A stretch of 64,000 nucleotides of DNA. Source: a virus. Lineage: Duplodnaviria > Caudoviricetes. The notes under the pieces were generated by a model that did no database searches, was not told where the DNA came from, and worked only from the letters and a program-made list of their open reading frames with translations. Location of the stretch: the IMG/VR virus record IMGVR_UViG_2926965794_000002, positions 45,941 through 109,940 of that record; one strand, written 5' to 3'. Position 1 is the first letter of the stretch. Each line of letters starts with the position of its first letter. Both the position numbers and the translations under genes were made by a program. Shown piece after piece: positions 44,964 through 54,959 of the stretch.

Positions 44964-46316
44964 ATGACCGAACAGCCCTCACCGCTCAAGATCCTTTCCC
45001 TCGACGTCGAGAACGTGTTGCGCGTCCGCGCGGTGCGGATCCAGCCCAACGGCAACGTCCTCGAGCTCACCGGACGCAACCGCCAGGGCAAGAGCAGCGT
45101 GATTGACGCGCTGTGGGCCGCGCTCGGCGGCGAGAAGATGATCCCGGCCGATCCGGTTCATGACGGTGCCAAGATGGGCAATATCGTCGTCGATATCGGC
45201 GACGCTGCCGGGCTGAAGTATCGTGTCACTCGCCGGATCAAGAAGAAGGATGACGGCGACTGGTCGACCAGCCTCACCATCGAGAACGAGGACGGCTTCC
45301 GGTCCGACAAGCCGCAGCAAATCCTGAACACCCTGATCGGCGCCCTCAGCTGCGATCCGCTCGACTTCATCAGCAAGAAGCCAAAGGAGCAGTTTGACCT
45401 GCTCAAGTCGTTCGTCTCCGGCGTCGATTTCGACGCCATAGCGAAGGCCAATGACGCGGACTTCGACGCCCGGACTGTGGTCAACCGCGATGCCAAGGCG
45501 CTGCGGACTCGAGCCGACGCGATTGTCATCGACCAAACCGCGCCGACCGAAACGGTGGACGAGGCCGCGCTCGTGCAGGAACTGGCTGAGGCTGCCGACA
45601 AGAACGGCGCCGTGCAGCGTTACCGGTCCGACCAGGCGGCGCGCCGGCAGCAGGCGCAGGAGCGCGACCATGCGGCCGAGTTTGCGCGCCAGCGCATCGG
45701 CCAACTGCAGGCCGAAATCGAGAAGCTGACCGCCGAGGCTGACGCCGCCGAGAACGCTGCTGGCGAGATCCGGCTCGAGATCAGCGAGGCCGGCGACGAG
45801 CCTCCATCTGTCGACACGCAGGAACTGCAAGCCAAGATCACCGCGGCACGCGAGACGAATGCCAAAGTAGCCGCCGCGGCCCGCGCCCGCGTCGAGAAAG
45901 AGCGGCTCGCCAGCGAAGCGGCAGAGCTCGAGGCCAAGTCCGAAGCCCTCAGCAAGGCAATCGTCGCCCGCGAGACCGAGAAGCAGGAAGCCATTGCCCG
46001 CGCCGACATGCCGATACCGGGTTTGTCCTTCGGGGAAGGCGTCATACTGCTCGACGGTCACCCGCTAGCCCAGGCCAGCCAAGCGCAGAAGCTCGGCCTC
46101 GCAGTCGCCATCGCGATGAAGCTGCAGCCGCGTCTCCGTTTCCTGACGACCAAGCACGCCGCGCTTCTGGACGACGAGTCCTGGGCTGCCCTCGTCCGCC
46201 TCGCCGACGAGCAGGATCTGCTCGTCATCGCCGAGACCGTTAATTCCAACCGGCCGACCGCGGTGGTCATCGAAGACGGCCACGTCCGCGGCGCCAAGCA
46301 GCAAGCCGCGGAGTGA
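44964..46316 (+). CDS. SMC/Rad50-like coiled-coil ATPase
   Basis: Walker A 'GRNRQGKSS', long coiled coil, degenerate signature 'ASQAQK'. Confidence 0.8.
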   Translation: MTEQPSPLKILSLDVENVLRVRAVRIQPNGNVLELTGRNRQGKSSVIDALWAALGGEKMIPADPVHDGAKMGNIVVDIGDAAGLKYRVTRRIKKKDDGDWSTSLTIENEDGFRSDKPQQILNTLIGALSCDPLDFISKKPKEQFDLLKSFVSGVDFDAIAKANDADFDARTVVNRDAKALRTRADAIVIDQTAPTETVDEAALVQELAEAADKNGAVQRYRSDQAARRQQAQERDHAAEFARQRIGQLQAEIEKLTAEADAAENAAGEIRLEISEAGDEPPSVDTQELQAKITAARETNAKVAAAARARVEKERLASEAAELEAKSEALSKAIVARETEKQEAIARADMPIPGLSFGEGVILLDGHPLAQASQAQKLGLAVAIAMKLQPRLRFLTTKHAALLDDESWAALVRLADEQDLLVIAETVNSNRPTAVVIEDGHVRGAKQQAAE

Positions 46317-46381
46317 CAGCTCCTCCCCAACTTGCCGCGACGGGTTTCGGTCCGCGCGGCCTTTTCTCCGGAAACTGACCA

Positions 46382-47500
46382 ATGAACGCCGTTGTCCCTA
46401 TCGCTGATGCCGACGCTATCGAGCCCGTGAAATTCGAGCCGGGCATCTACTTCGGCGTGCCCGAGGACAAGTACCACCAGGACACCTCGCTCGGATCCAC
46501 GAAGCTGAAGGAACTGGTGATCGACCCGATCGAATACCAACACGGCCGCCTGCACGGCGCCGAGCAGAAAGAGACGTTCCAATTGAAGTGGGGCCGCGCG
46601 ATCCATTGTCGCGCGCTCGAGGGAAAGCAGTTCCTGGCCGAGCGCTTCCCGATCGCGCCGTCACTGTCCGACTATCCCAAGGCGCTCGTGACGATGGATC
46701 ACCTCCGCGAGCACGCCAAGAAGCTAGGACTGACCAAGATCGGCAACACCAAGGCTTTGGTGGCCACCGCGATCCGCGAGTTCGACCAAAGCACCCCGAT
46801 CTGGGACGAGATCATGGCTCGGTTCGAGACCGAGCACGCCGGCAAGACCATCATTCCGCGCGAAGCGATCGAGCATATCGAGCGCGCAGTGGAATGGATG
46901 CAGCGAGAGCCGAAGCTAGCTCCCGTCATGGAAGACGGCACTTTCACCGCTGGCGCGTCGGAGGTCTCGATCTTCTATGTCGAGAACGGCGTCCGACTGA
47001 AAGCTCGCATCGACCACCTGCTGTCACATGCCGTGGTCGACTTGAAATCCTTCCGGCCGTTCCTGCAGGAGAGGCTGAGAGAGGGAGCGAAGAAGGCGAT
47101 CTCGCGCATGCGGTACGACCTGCAGGCCGCGGCGTACATCCGCGCGCTGAAGGTGGCCGCGAAGCTATTCGCCGACGGCAAGGTCTTCGACTGCCCCTAC
47201 TCGCCCGCCTTCCTCGAGTCCGTATTTGCTGCCCTGGCGGTCGCGGAACGCGACCCCGGATCCGACGAGGCGCTGAAGTGGGTCTGGGTGCTGATCAAGG
47301 CCTCGGGCGCGCCGCAGCCGGTCGTCGCCGAGTTCGATCTCGGCAGCATGATCTTCCGCCAGGCCGCCGTCGATATCGACGACGCCATCAAGAACTACCG
47401 CCTCTACGTCGAGAAGTTCGGCCTCGACCAGGACTGGGTGCCGGAGCTCCCGGCTGAAGTCTGGGGCGACACCGACTTCCCGTCTTGGGCTTTCACCTAA
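46382..47500 (+). CDS. PD-(D/E)XK exonuclease (RecE/exonuclease VIII C-terminal-like)
   Basis: 'PGIYFGVPEDKYH', 'GRAIHC', 'EVSIF', 'KARIDHL...VDLKS', 'YDLQAAAY'. Confidence 0.85.
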   Translation: MNAVVPIADADAIEPVKFEPGIYFGVPEDKYHQDTSLGSTKLKELVIDPIEYQHGRLHGAEQKETFQLKWGRAIHCRALEGKQFLAERFPIAPSLSDYPKALVTMDHLREHAKKLGLTKIGNTKALVATAIREFDQSTPIWDEIMARFETEHAGKTIIPREAIEHIERAVEWMQREPKLAPVMEDGTFTAGASEVSIFYVENGVRLKARIDHLLSHAVVDLKSFRPFLQERLREGAKKAISRMRYDLQAAAYIRALKVAAKLFADGKVFDCPYSPAFLESVFAALAVAERDPGSDEALKWVWVLIKASGAPQPVVAEFDLGSMIFRQAAVDIDDAIKNYRLYVEKFGLDQDWVPELPAEVWGDTDFPSWAFT

Positions 47501-47517
47501 ACCTCTGAGGACTGACG

Positions 47518-48948
47518 ATGAATATGATTGTCGATGATCGCGACCAAGAACGTCAAACGCTGCCAGCCGTCGTGGTGGAAAGTGCGATGCCGGCAATGCT
47601 GCGCGCCGAGATCGACGGCCAGATCGCCACCGCCAAAATGTATCCGCGGAACGTCTCGCGCGCGATCGGCAACATCAAGAGCCTGGCCACGCTGGACGAG
47701 GAGACGGCCGCGGAGTCGCTGTACGCGCTCGTCCGCAAGAAGAAGCAGCAGAACCGCGGCGGTGGTGACTCGACCGATACCGCCAACGCGGCGATTGAAG
47801 GACCGAGCATTCGCCTGGCCGAGATCGCGGCCCAATGCTGGGGCAACTGTCGAATCGAAGCTCACGTCGTGACCGTCAACAAGAAGGACAAGTACGTCGA
47901 GGCCGTCGGCACATTCCACGATCTTGAAACCAACATGGCCTCGACCGCGACGGTGCGGCGCAGGATCTCGACGTCAAGCGGCAACCTCTTCTCCGAAGAC
48001 ATGATCACGGTTACTGGCAACGCCGCCTGCTCGATCGCGAAGCGTAACGCAATCCTCGCCGGCATTCCGCGCGGCGTCTATCGGCCCGCATATCATGCGG
48101 CCCGCGAGGTCGTCGCCGGCACCACCGCGACGCTTTCCCAGAATCGCGACAAGGCCATCAAGGCATTCGCGACCTATGGCGTCACGCCCGATCAGATCTT
48201 CGAGGCTCTCGACGTCAACGGCGAGGCTGACATCCGGCTCGAGCACATCGCGACGCTGCGCGGCATGTTCATGTCGATCAAGAATGGCGAAGCCACGGTC
48301 GAGGAGATGTTCGCCAAGGAGAAGCCGTCCCAGGCGGACCCCGACTACAACCCGCTGGTGAAGAAGGATGCGGTCTCAGGTGGAGATCAGCAGACCGCGG
48401 TAACCGGTGCGGCGAACCAAGAACAAGCCGCCGGTGACAAGCCGGCCACAGATTCCGCCGCGGCGGAGGCAGCGCATCCATCCGACCATGCGGCAGGACA
48501 TCAACCTGCGGCCGGATCGGACAGCGCTGCCACCTCGGCGCAGACGTCGGCGAAGCCAGCCCCCGCCGATGAAGGGACGAGCCAGGAGCGCACCGCCAGT
48601 GGCTCGTCCCAACCTGATTTGCTGTCCGGCCCAACCTCCGCCCAGGACGGCAAACCGCAGTCGAGCACCCCCCAAGGCTCGACCGCTAACGGAGCGGACG
48701 CATCTCGTGGCAACGGCGCGTCCGCTCCTGACCTTTCCTCGTACCACCGCGCGCTGCTGACCATCGAGAACGGCGGCCCGCAGAAACTCGGCAAGATGTC
48801 CGAGCAGTGGCTCAACAAGTATGGCCGGTTCGAAGGCGACGCCGAGAAGAAGCGCGGCGAGATCTACGCCGTGCACGGTGAACGCCTGACAGGCTCCGTC
48901 GACCTGGCGGCCTGCAACAAGAAGGTCGAGGGGATCATCACACGATGA
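47518..48948 (+). CDS. Putative single-strand annealing / recombination protein
   Basis: Follows the exonuclease; 'QIATAKMYPRN', 'IEGPSIRLAE', 'HDLETN'; disordered C-terminus. Confidence 0.55.
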   Translation: MNMIVDDRDQERQTLPAVVVESAMPAMLRAEIDGQIATAKMYPRNVSRAIGNIKSLATLDEETAAESLYALVRKKKQQNRGGGDSTDTANAAIEGPSIRLAEIAAQCWGNCRIEAHVVTVNKKDKYVEAVGTFHDLETNMASTATVRRRISTSSGNLFSEDMITVTGNAACSIAKRNAILAGIPRGVYRPAYHAAREVVAGTTATLSQNRDKAIKAFATYGVTPDQIFEALDVNGEADIRLEHIATLRGMFMSIKNGEATVEEMFAKEKPSQADPDYNPLVKKDAVSGGDQQTAVTGAANQEQAAGDKPATDSAAAEAAHPSDHAAGHQPAAGSDSAATSAQTSAKPAPADEGTSQERTASGSSQPDLLSGPTSAQDGKPQSSTPQGSTANGADASRGNGASAPDLSSYHRALLTIENGGPQKLGKMSEQWLNKYGRFEGDAEKKRGEIYAVHGERLTGSVDLAACNKKVEGIITR

Positions 48949-49352
48949 CGGTCCTCGATCGCCCGCCAGCGGATTGGAAGCGGCCGGCTATGCCGTGCCG
49001 GGTCAAGCTTGAGGTCTTGATCCGACAAGGCGGTCGCTGCGCCCAGACGAAGGAAAAGCTGGGGTCCGTAGAGAACACGCAGTTCGACCACAGGCCCGCG
49101 CTTTGGGAGCGGAAGTTCGACACCGCGACCGATGACACGATCCCGCCCGCCAATGATCCGGCGTTCATTGATGCCTGCACCATCGCCGGCCACAAGTTCC
49201 GGACCCATGGCAACGGCGCAACCACTGTCGGCTCCGACTCCCATCGTCGCGCGAAGATCAAGCGGATGACCGACCCGACGCCGGCGAAACCGAAGCGGAA
49301 GATCCGCGGGCGGTCGACCTTCCCGAACCGCAAAACCCGGAGGTTTGGATGA
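48945..49352 (+). CDS. HNH-like protein
   Basis: 'RQGGRCA...QFDHRPAL...N...HKFRT'. Confidence 0.55.
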   Translation: MTVLDRPPADWKRPAMPCRVKLEVLIRQGGRCAQTKEKLGSVENTQFDHRPALWERKFDTATDDTIPPANDPAFIDACTIAGHKFRTHGNGATTVGSDSHRRAKIKRMTDPTPAKPKRKIRGRSTFPNRKTRRFG

Positions 49353-49945
49353 ACCCGGCGACGTCAGTAACTCTTGAATTTCGGTCGTCGGCTGAGTTGT
49401 CGGCTCACTATCGAGAGGTCCGTGCTCGGCTGCCGGTCGTGGTGCCGCAGTGGCGCCGCGACGTGCTGGCGTTGCCGCGCCCAGGCGCCCTCCTCCTGCC
49501 AGCACCGTTCGCCTTCGCGACCGTCGAGGACATCATCACGTCCCAGACGCGGCGGCCCCCAGAGGAGATCCGGAGGCTCAGCGACGAGGCCGAGCGAGTG
49601 GCTATCCGCCGATCGATCGCAGGATATCGCAACCTGCTTCGTCAGGCGCCGGAGAACCAGCGCCGGATCAGCTTGATCAAGGCGTCAGTCGGCCACGCCT
49701 TCAAGGTTAGTCAAGACGGATTCACTCACCATTCGCGCAGGCATGGTGTCACCCGCATTCGTCAAATCGCGATGTGCCTCGCCAAGCTGCTGACCAGCAC
49801 GAGCTACAGCGGGATCGGCCGTAGCTTCGGCGGCCGCGATCACACGACCGCACTTCATGCATACCGGAAGTTCTCGCCGGTCGTCGCCGATGTCATGGCC
49901 GAGATGGGCGACGGCACGCCCTGCGCGATCGGGGGTGAGCGATGA
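49349..49945 (+). CDS. Protein with a DnaA C-terminal (domain IV-like) HTH
   Basis: 'RQIAMCLAKLLTSTSYSGIGRSFGGRDHTTALHAYRK'. Confidence 0.85.
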   Translation: MNPATSVTLEFRSSAELSAHYREVRARLPVVVPQWRRDVLALPRPGALLLPAPFAFATVEDIITSQTRRPPEEIRRLSDEAERVAIRRSIAGYRNLLRQAPENQRRISLIKASVGHAFKVSQDGFTHHSRRHGVTRIRQIAMCLAKLLTSTSYSGIGRSFGGRDHTTALHAYRKFSPVVADVMAEMGDGTPCAIGGER

Positions 49946-50283
49946 CCGCGACCTCAGAAACGCCAGATACCACTCTGACCGCCGCGGTTCCGCGCATCCT
50001 TCGTCGGCGCGTGATGCATCTGCGCGCGAGCGGCGGATCCACATACGGCGATGAGCTGCTCGACGAGCAGACGAATGTCATCGGCTATGTCTCGTCCTGG
50101 GTCGGCACTGGCAAGAACGAAGGCAAGGCCAGGTCGGTGTACACGCTGAAAGTCGACGGCGGCGGTCCTGCGCTGGAATTCTCGGACTTTGAACTTTTCC
50201 GTGAGGCTTACGCGAACATGCTGGAAAAGCGGCGCCGCGACAAGGAGTGGGATGATGCCGCTCCAAAGGACGGTGCCCGATGA
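49942..50283 (+). CDS. Hypothetical protein
   Basis: Coupled ORF. Confidence 0.55.
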   Translation: MTATSETPDTTLTAAVPRILRRRVMHLRASGGSTYGDELLDEQTNVIGYVSSWVGTGKNEGKARSVYTLKVDGGGPALEFSDFELFREAYANMLEKRRRDKEWDDAAPKDGAR

Positions 50284-51122
50284 TCGGCGCCGACGGACAC
50301 TTCACGGATCAGCCGATCGTACCTGGCGCCGATGTCATCTATCGCCCAAAGGGAAATGCCGGCGAATACGCGCCGCTGGCCACCAATCCATATCGCGGGT
50401 GTGGGCACGGTTGCGCCTACTGCTATGTCCCGCCTGCGACGCATATCCCGCGGCCGACTTTCGACCAGGGCGCAGTACCGCGGCCCGGGTTCATGCAGCG
50501 CCTCGAGCGCGATATCCGACGCTATCAGGCGGCCGGCGTCTCCGACGGCCACCCCGCTGATCAGATCTTCATCACGTTCTCCAGCGATCCATTCCATCGC
50601 GGCGATCTTTCCCTGACTCGGCAGACGATGCGCGCCCTCAAGGAGGCCGGCATGGCGTTCTGCACGCTGTCGAAGGGCGGCCGCCGCGCCCTGCCCTTCC
50701 TGCCGGAATACCGCCGCGAGCGCGACGCCTACGCCTGCACGCTGACCTCGCTCGACGATGACTTCTCACTGACATGGGAGCGCAACGCCGCGCTGCCATG
50801 GGAACGGATTGACGTCCTCCGGACGTTCCATGATGCCGGGATCTTCACCTGGGTATCGCTCGAGCCGACGCTCGATGCCGCGGCCTCGATCTCGATCATC
50901 CGCGCCACCCACGAATTCGTCGACCTCTACAAGATCGGCAAGGCCAACTACGTCTCGAAGATCTCCAAGACAATCGATTGGGCCGCCTACACCAGCGACG
51001 TCACGCAGGTCTGTCGCGAGCTCGGCGCCCGCCATTACGTCAAACGCGACCTGCAGGCCTTCCTGCCGGCCGATTACGACAATCCGCTGCGTGTGCCGCA
51101 GCATCATGGAGCCGCAGCATGA
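50280..51122 (+). CDS. Radical SAM protein (SPL-like subgroup)
   Basis: 'NPYRGCGHGCAYCY' CxxxCxxC, 'SDPF', 'WVSLEP'. Confidence 0.85.
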   Translation: MIGADGHFTDQPIVPGADVIYRPKGNAGEYAPLATNPYRGCGHGCAYCYVPPATHIPRPTFDQGAVPRPGFMQRLERDIRRYQAAGVSDGHPADQIFITFSSDPFHRGDLSLTRQTMRALKEAGMAFCTLSKGGRRALPFLPEYRRERDAYACTLTSLDDDFSLTWERNAALPWERIDVLRTFHDAGIFTWVSLEPTLDAAASISIIRATHEFVDLYKIGKANYVSKISKTIDWAAYTSDVTQVCRELGARHYVKRDLQAFLPADYDNPLRVPQHHGAAA

Positions 51123-51772
51123 AGCCTGAGTTCATCACGTTCACCGGGATCGACAACTGGACCGAGCTCCACGACATCCACGTCCTATCGATCAAGTACC
51201 CGGTCGAGTTCGGCATCTTGTTCAGCCCAAAGCGCCAGGGCACCGATCCGCGCTACCCCGACGGGGACGCGCTGTCTCGCTTCATGTGGAGCGGGCTGCG
51301 CCTGTCCGCGCACCTCTGCGGCGACTACAGCCGCCGCATCATGGCGGGCGAATCCATCGTCGACACCATCCCGGTCGATCTTGGGTACTTCGAGCGGATT
51401 CAGGTGAATCACGCTGAACCAGATCCGGCCAAGATCATCGAATTCCGGAACGGCTGGGGATCGATGCGCGCGATCGCGCAGACCCGCGCCGACACGTTCC
51501 CGACCGACACCTCCGTGGACTGGCTCTTCGACCGCAGCGGCGGCGCCGGCGTCGCACCGACGGCCTGGCCGATGCACCCCGGAGCCGATCGGCTGGTCGG
51601 CTACGCTGGCGGCATCTCCCCCGACAACATCAGTGGCGTCATGTCGGTGCTCGAGCAGATGCCTGGTCGGTACTGGATCGACATGGAAAGCGGAGTTCGG
51701 ACCGATGACCGGTTCGACATCGAGAAGTGCCGCGCGATCTGCGAGGCGGTTTTTGAAGAGGGAGAACATTGA
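51119..51772 (+). CDS. TrpF-like (PRA isomerase fold) phage protein
   Basis: 'LFDRSGGAG', 'GYAGGISPDN', 'WIDMESGVR'. Confidence 0.65.
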   Translation: MKPEFITFTGIDNWTELHDIHVLSIKYPVEFGILFSPKRQGTDPRYPDGDALSRFMWSGLRLSAHLCGDYSRRIMAGESIVDTIPVDLGYFERIQVNHAEPDPAKIIEFRNGWGSMRAIAQTRADTFPTDTSVDWLFDRSGGAGVAPTAWPMHPGADRLVGYAGGISPDNISGVMSVLEQMPGRYWIDMESGVRTDDRFDIEKCRAICEAVFEEGEH

Positions 51773-51917
51773 TGGACTTGCTCAACTGGGTTTCGGATCA
51801 CCCCGTCCTGACGATCACGCTGTCGCTGATTGCCAGTGCGACCTATGCCGTACCGCGCATCGTTACTGCGGTTACCGCCCGCAACATCAACATCTCCAGC
51901 CGGCTCTGAGGGCAACG

Positions 51918-52634
51918 GTGAAGGATGTTCCGGTCATCTTCAGCGCGCCGATGGTGCAGGGCCTGCTTCGCGAAGTCGAAGCCCCGGGGACTGGCAAGAC
52001 CATGACCCGGCGATTGGCGTGGGGCGAGCCGTTCACCGTCTACGACGACGAAGATGGGGTACAGGCGGCAAAGCTACGAAAGAAGGGCTGCAAGGTCAGC
52101 GGTCTCGACGACACCTCGTCGCGCATCGCCTGGCCGCCGACCCAGTGGCAGAAGGTAGAGGTCGGGGACCGACTCTGGGTGCGCGAGTCCGTCAAGGGCG
52201 AACCGAACGCCGAGGGATGGGATGGCGTCCGCTACGCTGCCGACAATGCCTGGATCATGTCGACCGCGCAGAACGCGGAAGAGGCCGACGACTTCGTCGA
52301 TCTTTACAACTACGGCGGCAAGCGCGGTGCGGGCGTCCCTTCGATCCATATGCCGCGCTGGGCCTCGCGGATCACGTTGATAGTCACCGCGACGAAGATC
52401 GAGCGACTGACGGCGATCAGCGAGGCCGATGCCCTCGCCGAAGGCGTCGAGCACCGCGGCGAGCGCGACTATTGGGCCGGGCTGAACCGCGGCACCGATG
52501 CGGTCGCTTGCTTCTCGGCGCTTTGGCGAGCGCTGCACGGCATGGGCTCTTGGGACGCAAACCCCGAGGTCGTCGCCCTCACCTTCAAAGTCATCAAAGC
52601 CAACATCGATATGCCGGAGGCGCGCGCAGCATGA
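51918..52634 (+). CDS. ASCH-like conserved phage protein
   Basis: 'PVIFSAPMV', 'KTMTRR', 'GDRLWVRE', 'PSIHMPRWASRITL', 'WDANP'. Confidence 0.75.
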   Translation: MKDVPVIFSAPMVQGLLREVEAPGTGKTMTRRLAWGEPFTVYDDEDGVQAAKLRKKGCKVSGLDDTSSRIAWPPTQWQKVEVGDRLWVRESVKGEPNAEGWDGVRYAADNAWIMSTAQNAEEADDFVDLYNYGGKRGAGVPSIHMPRWASRITLIVTATKIERLTAISEADALAEGVEHRGERDYWAGLNRGTDAVACFSALWRALHGMGSWDANPEVVALTFKVIKANIDMPEARAA

Positions 52635-53113
52635 CCGATTCCGCACCCATCTGTTGTGGCGCCGCCACCCGCCTGACGACCGGCCAAGAGATCTATCCAA
52701 ACCGCCGTGATCTGCACTGGAAGCACTTTTACAAATGCGACCGCTGCAAGAGCTATTGCGGCTGCCATCCCGGCACCACGAAGAGCCTCGGCACGCCGGC
52801 GGATGCCGCCACCCGCGCAGCGCGATCGAACCTGCACGACAACGTCTTCGATCCGATCTGGAAGAGTGCGCTGACGACCGGGCAATACGCCCCCGAGGAC
52901 CACAAAGCGAAGGCGAAGATCCTGAAGGCGGCTCGGTCCCGCCTCTATCGCTACCTGGCGCACCACCTCGGGATCGATCGCGATGCTTGCCACTTCGGCA
53001 TGTTCTCGCTGGAGCAGTGCCGACGCGCGACCGAGCTCCTGACCGGGCTGACCTATCGGACCGTCCGGGATTGGCACTACGCCCAGGTCAAGAACGCGAG
53101 CAAAGCAGCATGA
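52631..53113 (+). CDS. Zinc-finger protein (DUF3268-like)
   Basis: 'CDRCKSYCGCHPGT...LGTPADAATR', 'FDPIWK', 'CHFGMF'. Confidence 0.75.
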   Translation: MTDSAPICCGAATRLTTGQEIYPNRRDLHWKHFYKCDRCKSYCGCHPGTTKSLGTPADAATRAARSNLHDNVFDPIWKSALTTGQYAPEDHKAKAKILKAARSRLYRYLAHHLGIDRDACHFGMFSLEQCRRATELLTGLTYRTVRDWHYAQVKNASKAA

Positions 53114-53541
53114 GTAAGCTCACCGAACTTGGTCCGTGTCCCCTTTGCCAATCGATCAAGCTGAACCTCTTCAGCCATTGGACCGCCACCCGCGGTCAGA
53201 TGATCGAGACCCCAAAGGTCCAGTGCACCGAATGCTACTGCGAGGCCACCATTGAAGCATGGTCCGCCCGAAAGCCGGCGCTGCCTGCGGCATGGCTGCT
53301 GGTCGAGGCCTTGCGCGCTGATGAGGCCCACAGCGTCACACTATTCTGCGACAACCCCGATTTCAACATGGGGCCCGACAGCGCGGTCGAGGTCTGCGGC
53401 GACTTCACCGACTGGAAGGAACGCCGGTTCGAGGGCGACAACCTCACCGCGGCGCTGATGGCGGCCTATCTCGCGAAGACCGGTGGGAAAGTCACGCCGG
53501 AGATCGCCGATGCACTGAAGCGCGAGGGCGCTCATGTCTGA
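53110..53541 (+). CDS. Protein with a Lar-like (restriction alleviation) zinc ribbon
   Basis: 'ELGPCPLC...VQCTEC...IEAWSAR'. Confidence 0.5.
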   Translation: MSKLTELGPCPLCQSIKLNLFSHWTATRGQMIETPKVQCTECYCEATIEAWSARKPALPAAWLLVEALRADEAHSVTLFCDNPDFNMGPDSAVEVCGDFTDWKERRFEGDNLTAALMAAYLAKTGGKVTPEIADALKREGAHV

Positions 53542-54073
53542 GCTCGCAACCCCCGCAATGATCCCGCGATATGTCCGCTCGGTTTACGCGCCAGAGGGAA
53601 CGACGATCTACGACGTCATCTGGACCGACCGGCTGAGCGGCCAGGAGGTCACCCGCTACGACGGCGCCGATCCGGCAAACACCCACCCAGCATATGGCGG
53701 CATGCCGGATAGCGACTGGTTCGAGAAGAAGGGCCTCGACATCAACGAGGGCATCGAGCTCGAAAAGTCCGTCCTTCCCGTTCCAGATGGCGAAGCCGAG
53801 AGGTTTGCGGCCAGGACCCGTCGCATTGCGGAGCGCAAACAAGAAGATGAGGAAGCGTGCGACCTGCTCACTTTTCTCGGCGCCGACGCGGAACAGTTTG
53901 ATTTCGATGACTACTACGACGGCGAGCGGAAGATTCTGACGCCGGCGCTCGAGAAGCGCGGCTACACCGCCATCCGCTTTTACATGGTCGAACAAGACTC
54001 ATTCGGGCCGCTGATCCGCGGCTGCGCCGCTCAATGCCACTGCGGCAAGCGCGTCAGGTTTTTCTACGGTTGA
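53534..54073 (+). CDS. Hypothetical acidic protein
   Basis: Coupled ORF, 179 aa. Confidence 0.6.
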   Translation: MSELATPAMIPRYVRSVYAPEGTTIYDVIWTDRLSGQEVTRYDGADPANTHPAYGGMPDSDWFEKKGLDINEGIELEKSVLPVPDGEAERFAARTRRIAERKQEDEEACDLLTFLGADAEQFDFDDYYDGERKILTPALEKRGYTAIRFYMVEQDSFGPLIRGCAAQCHCGKRVRFFYG

Positions 54074-54092
54074 ACACACACAGGAGGTTTCA

Positions 54093-54920
54093 TTGAGAAA
54101 GAACGTCAAGGCTGATCTCGTCGTCATCGACCCCCAGAACGACTTCATGGACCAGAAGGGCGCCGCCCTTCCCGTCACCGGCGCGGTTGCCGACATGACC
54201 CGCGTCGCCGACATGGTCAGGCGGATCGGCCGCCGGCTGAACGACATCCATGTCACGCTGGACTCGCATCGCGTCATTGACGTCGCCCATCCCGGTTTCT
54301 GGCGCGGCATTGACGGCAAGCACCCTGCCCCGTTCACCATGATCACCAATGCCGACATAAAGTCGGGCATGTGGGAGCCGCGCAATCAGAGCTACCGCCA
54401 GCGGATGCTCGACTACACCGCGGCGCTCGAGGCTGCCGGCAAGTTTATTCTGATGGTCTGGCCGGAGCACTGCATCATTGGCAGTTGGGGCCACAACGTC
54501 GTCGACGTGCTCCGTGAAGAGCTCGCCGCTTGGGAGCGCGCCAACTTCGCCACGATCGATTTCGTGACCAAGGGCACCAATACCTTCACGGAACACTACG
54601 GAGCCCTGATGGCCGAGGTGCCGGATCCCGCGGACCCGTCGACGCAGTTGAACGGCGGCTTCCTCAGCGTGCTGCAGGAGGCTGACGTCATCGCCATCGC
54701 CGGCGAAGCATCCTCGCATTGCGTCGCGACCACCATCCGGCAGATCGTCGACAACATCGGCGATGACCACCTACGCAAGATCCACATCCTGACGGACTGC
54801 ATGTCGCCGGTCCCGCAGACGCCCGGCGGCCCCGACTTCCCGGCGATCGCGCAGCAGTTCCTCAAGGACATGGAAGCCCGCGGACTCGTCCTCACGACGT
54901 CCGACGCCTTCCTGGCCTGA
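54093..54920 (+). CDS. Nicotinamidase/isochorismatase-family cysteine hydrolase
   Basis: 'VVIDPQNDF', 'TLDSH', 'WPEHC', 'TKG', 'AGEASSHCV'; TTG start after AGGAGG. Confidence 0.88.
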   Translation: MRKNVKADLVVIDPQNDFMDQKGAALPVTGAVADMTRVADMVRRIGRRLNDIHVTLDSHRVIDVAHPGFWRGIDGKHPAPFTMITNADIKSGMWEPRNQSYRQRMLDYTAALEAAGKFILMVWPEHCIIGSWGHNVVDVLREELAAWERANFATIDFVTKGTNTFTEHYGALMAEVPDPADPSTQLNGGFLSVLQEADVIAIAGEASSHCVATTIRQIVDNIGDDHLRKIHILTDCMSPVPQTPGGPDFPAIAQQFLKDMEARGLVLTTSDAFLA

Positions 54921-54959
54921 TCCCCGACACCATCACCCGAATTCCCGAAAGGAGCCCCA

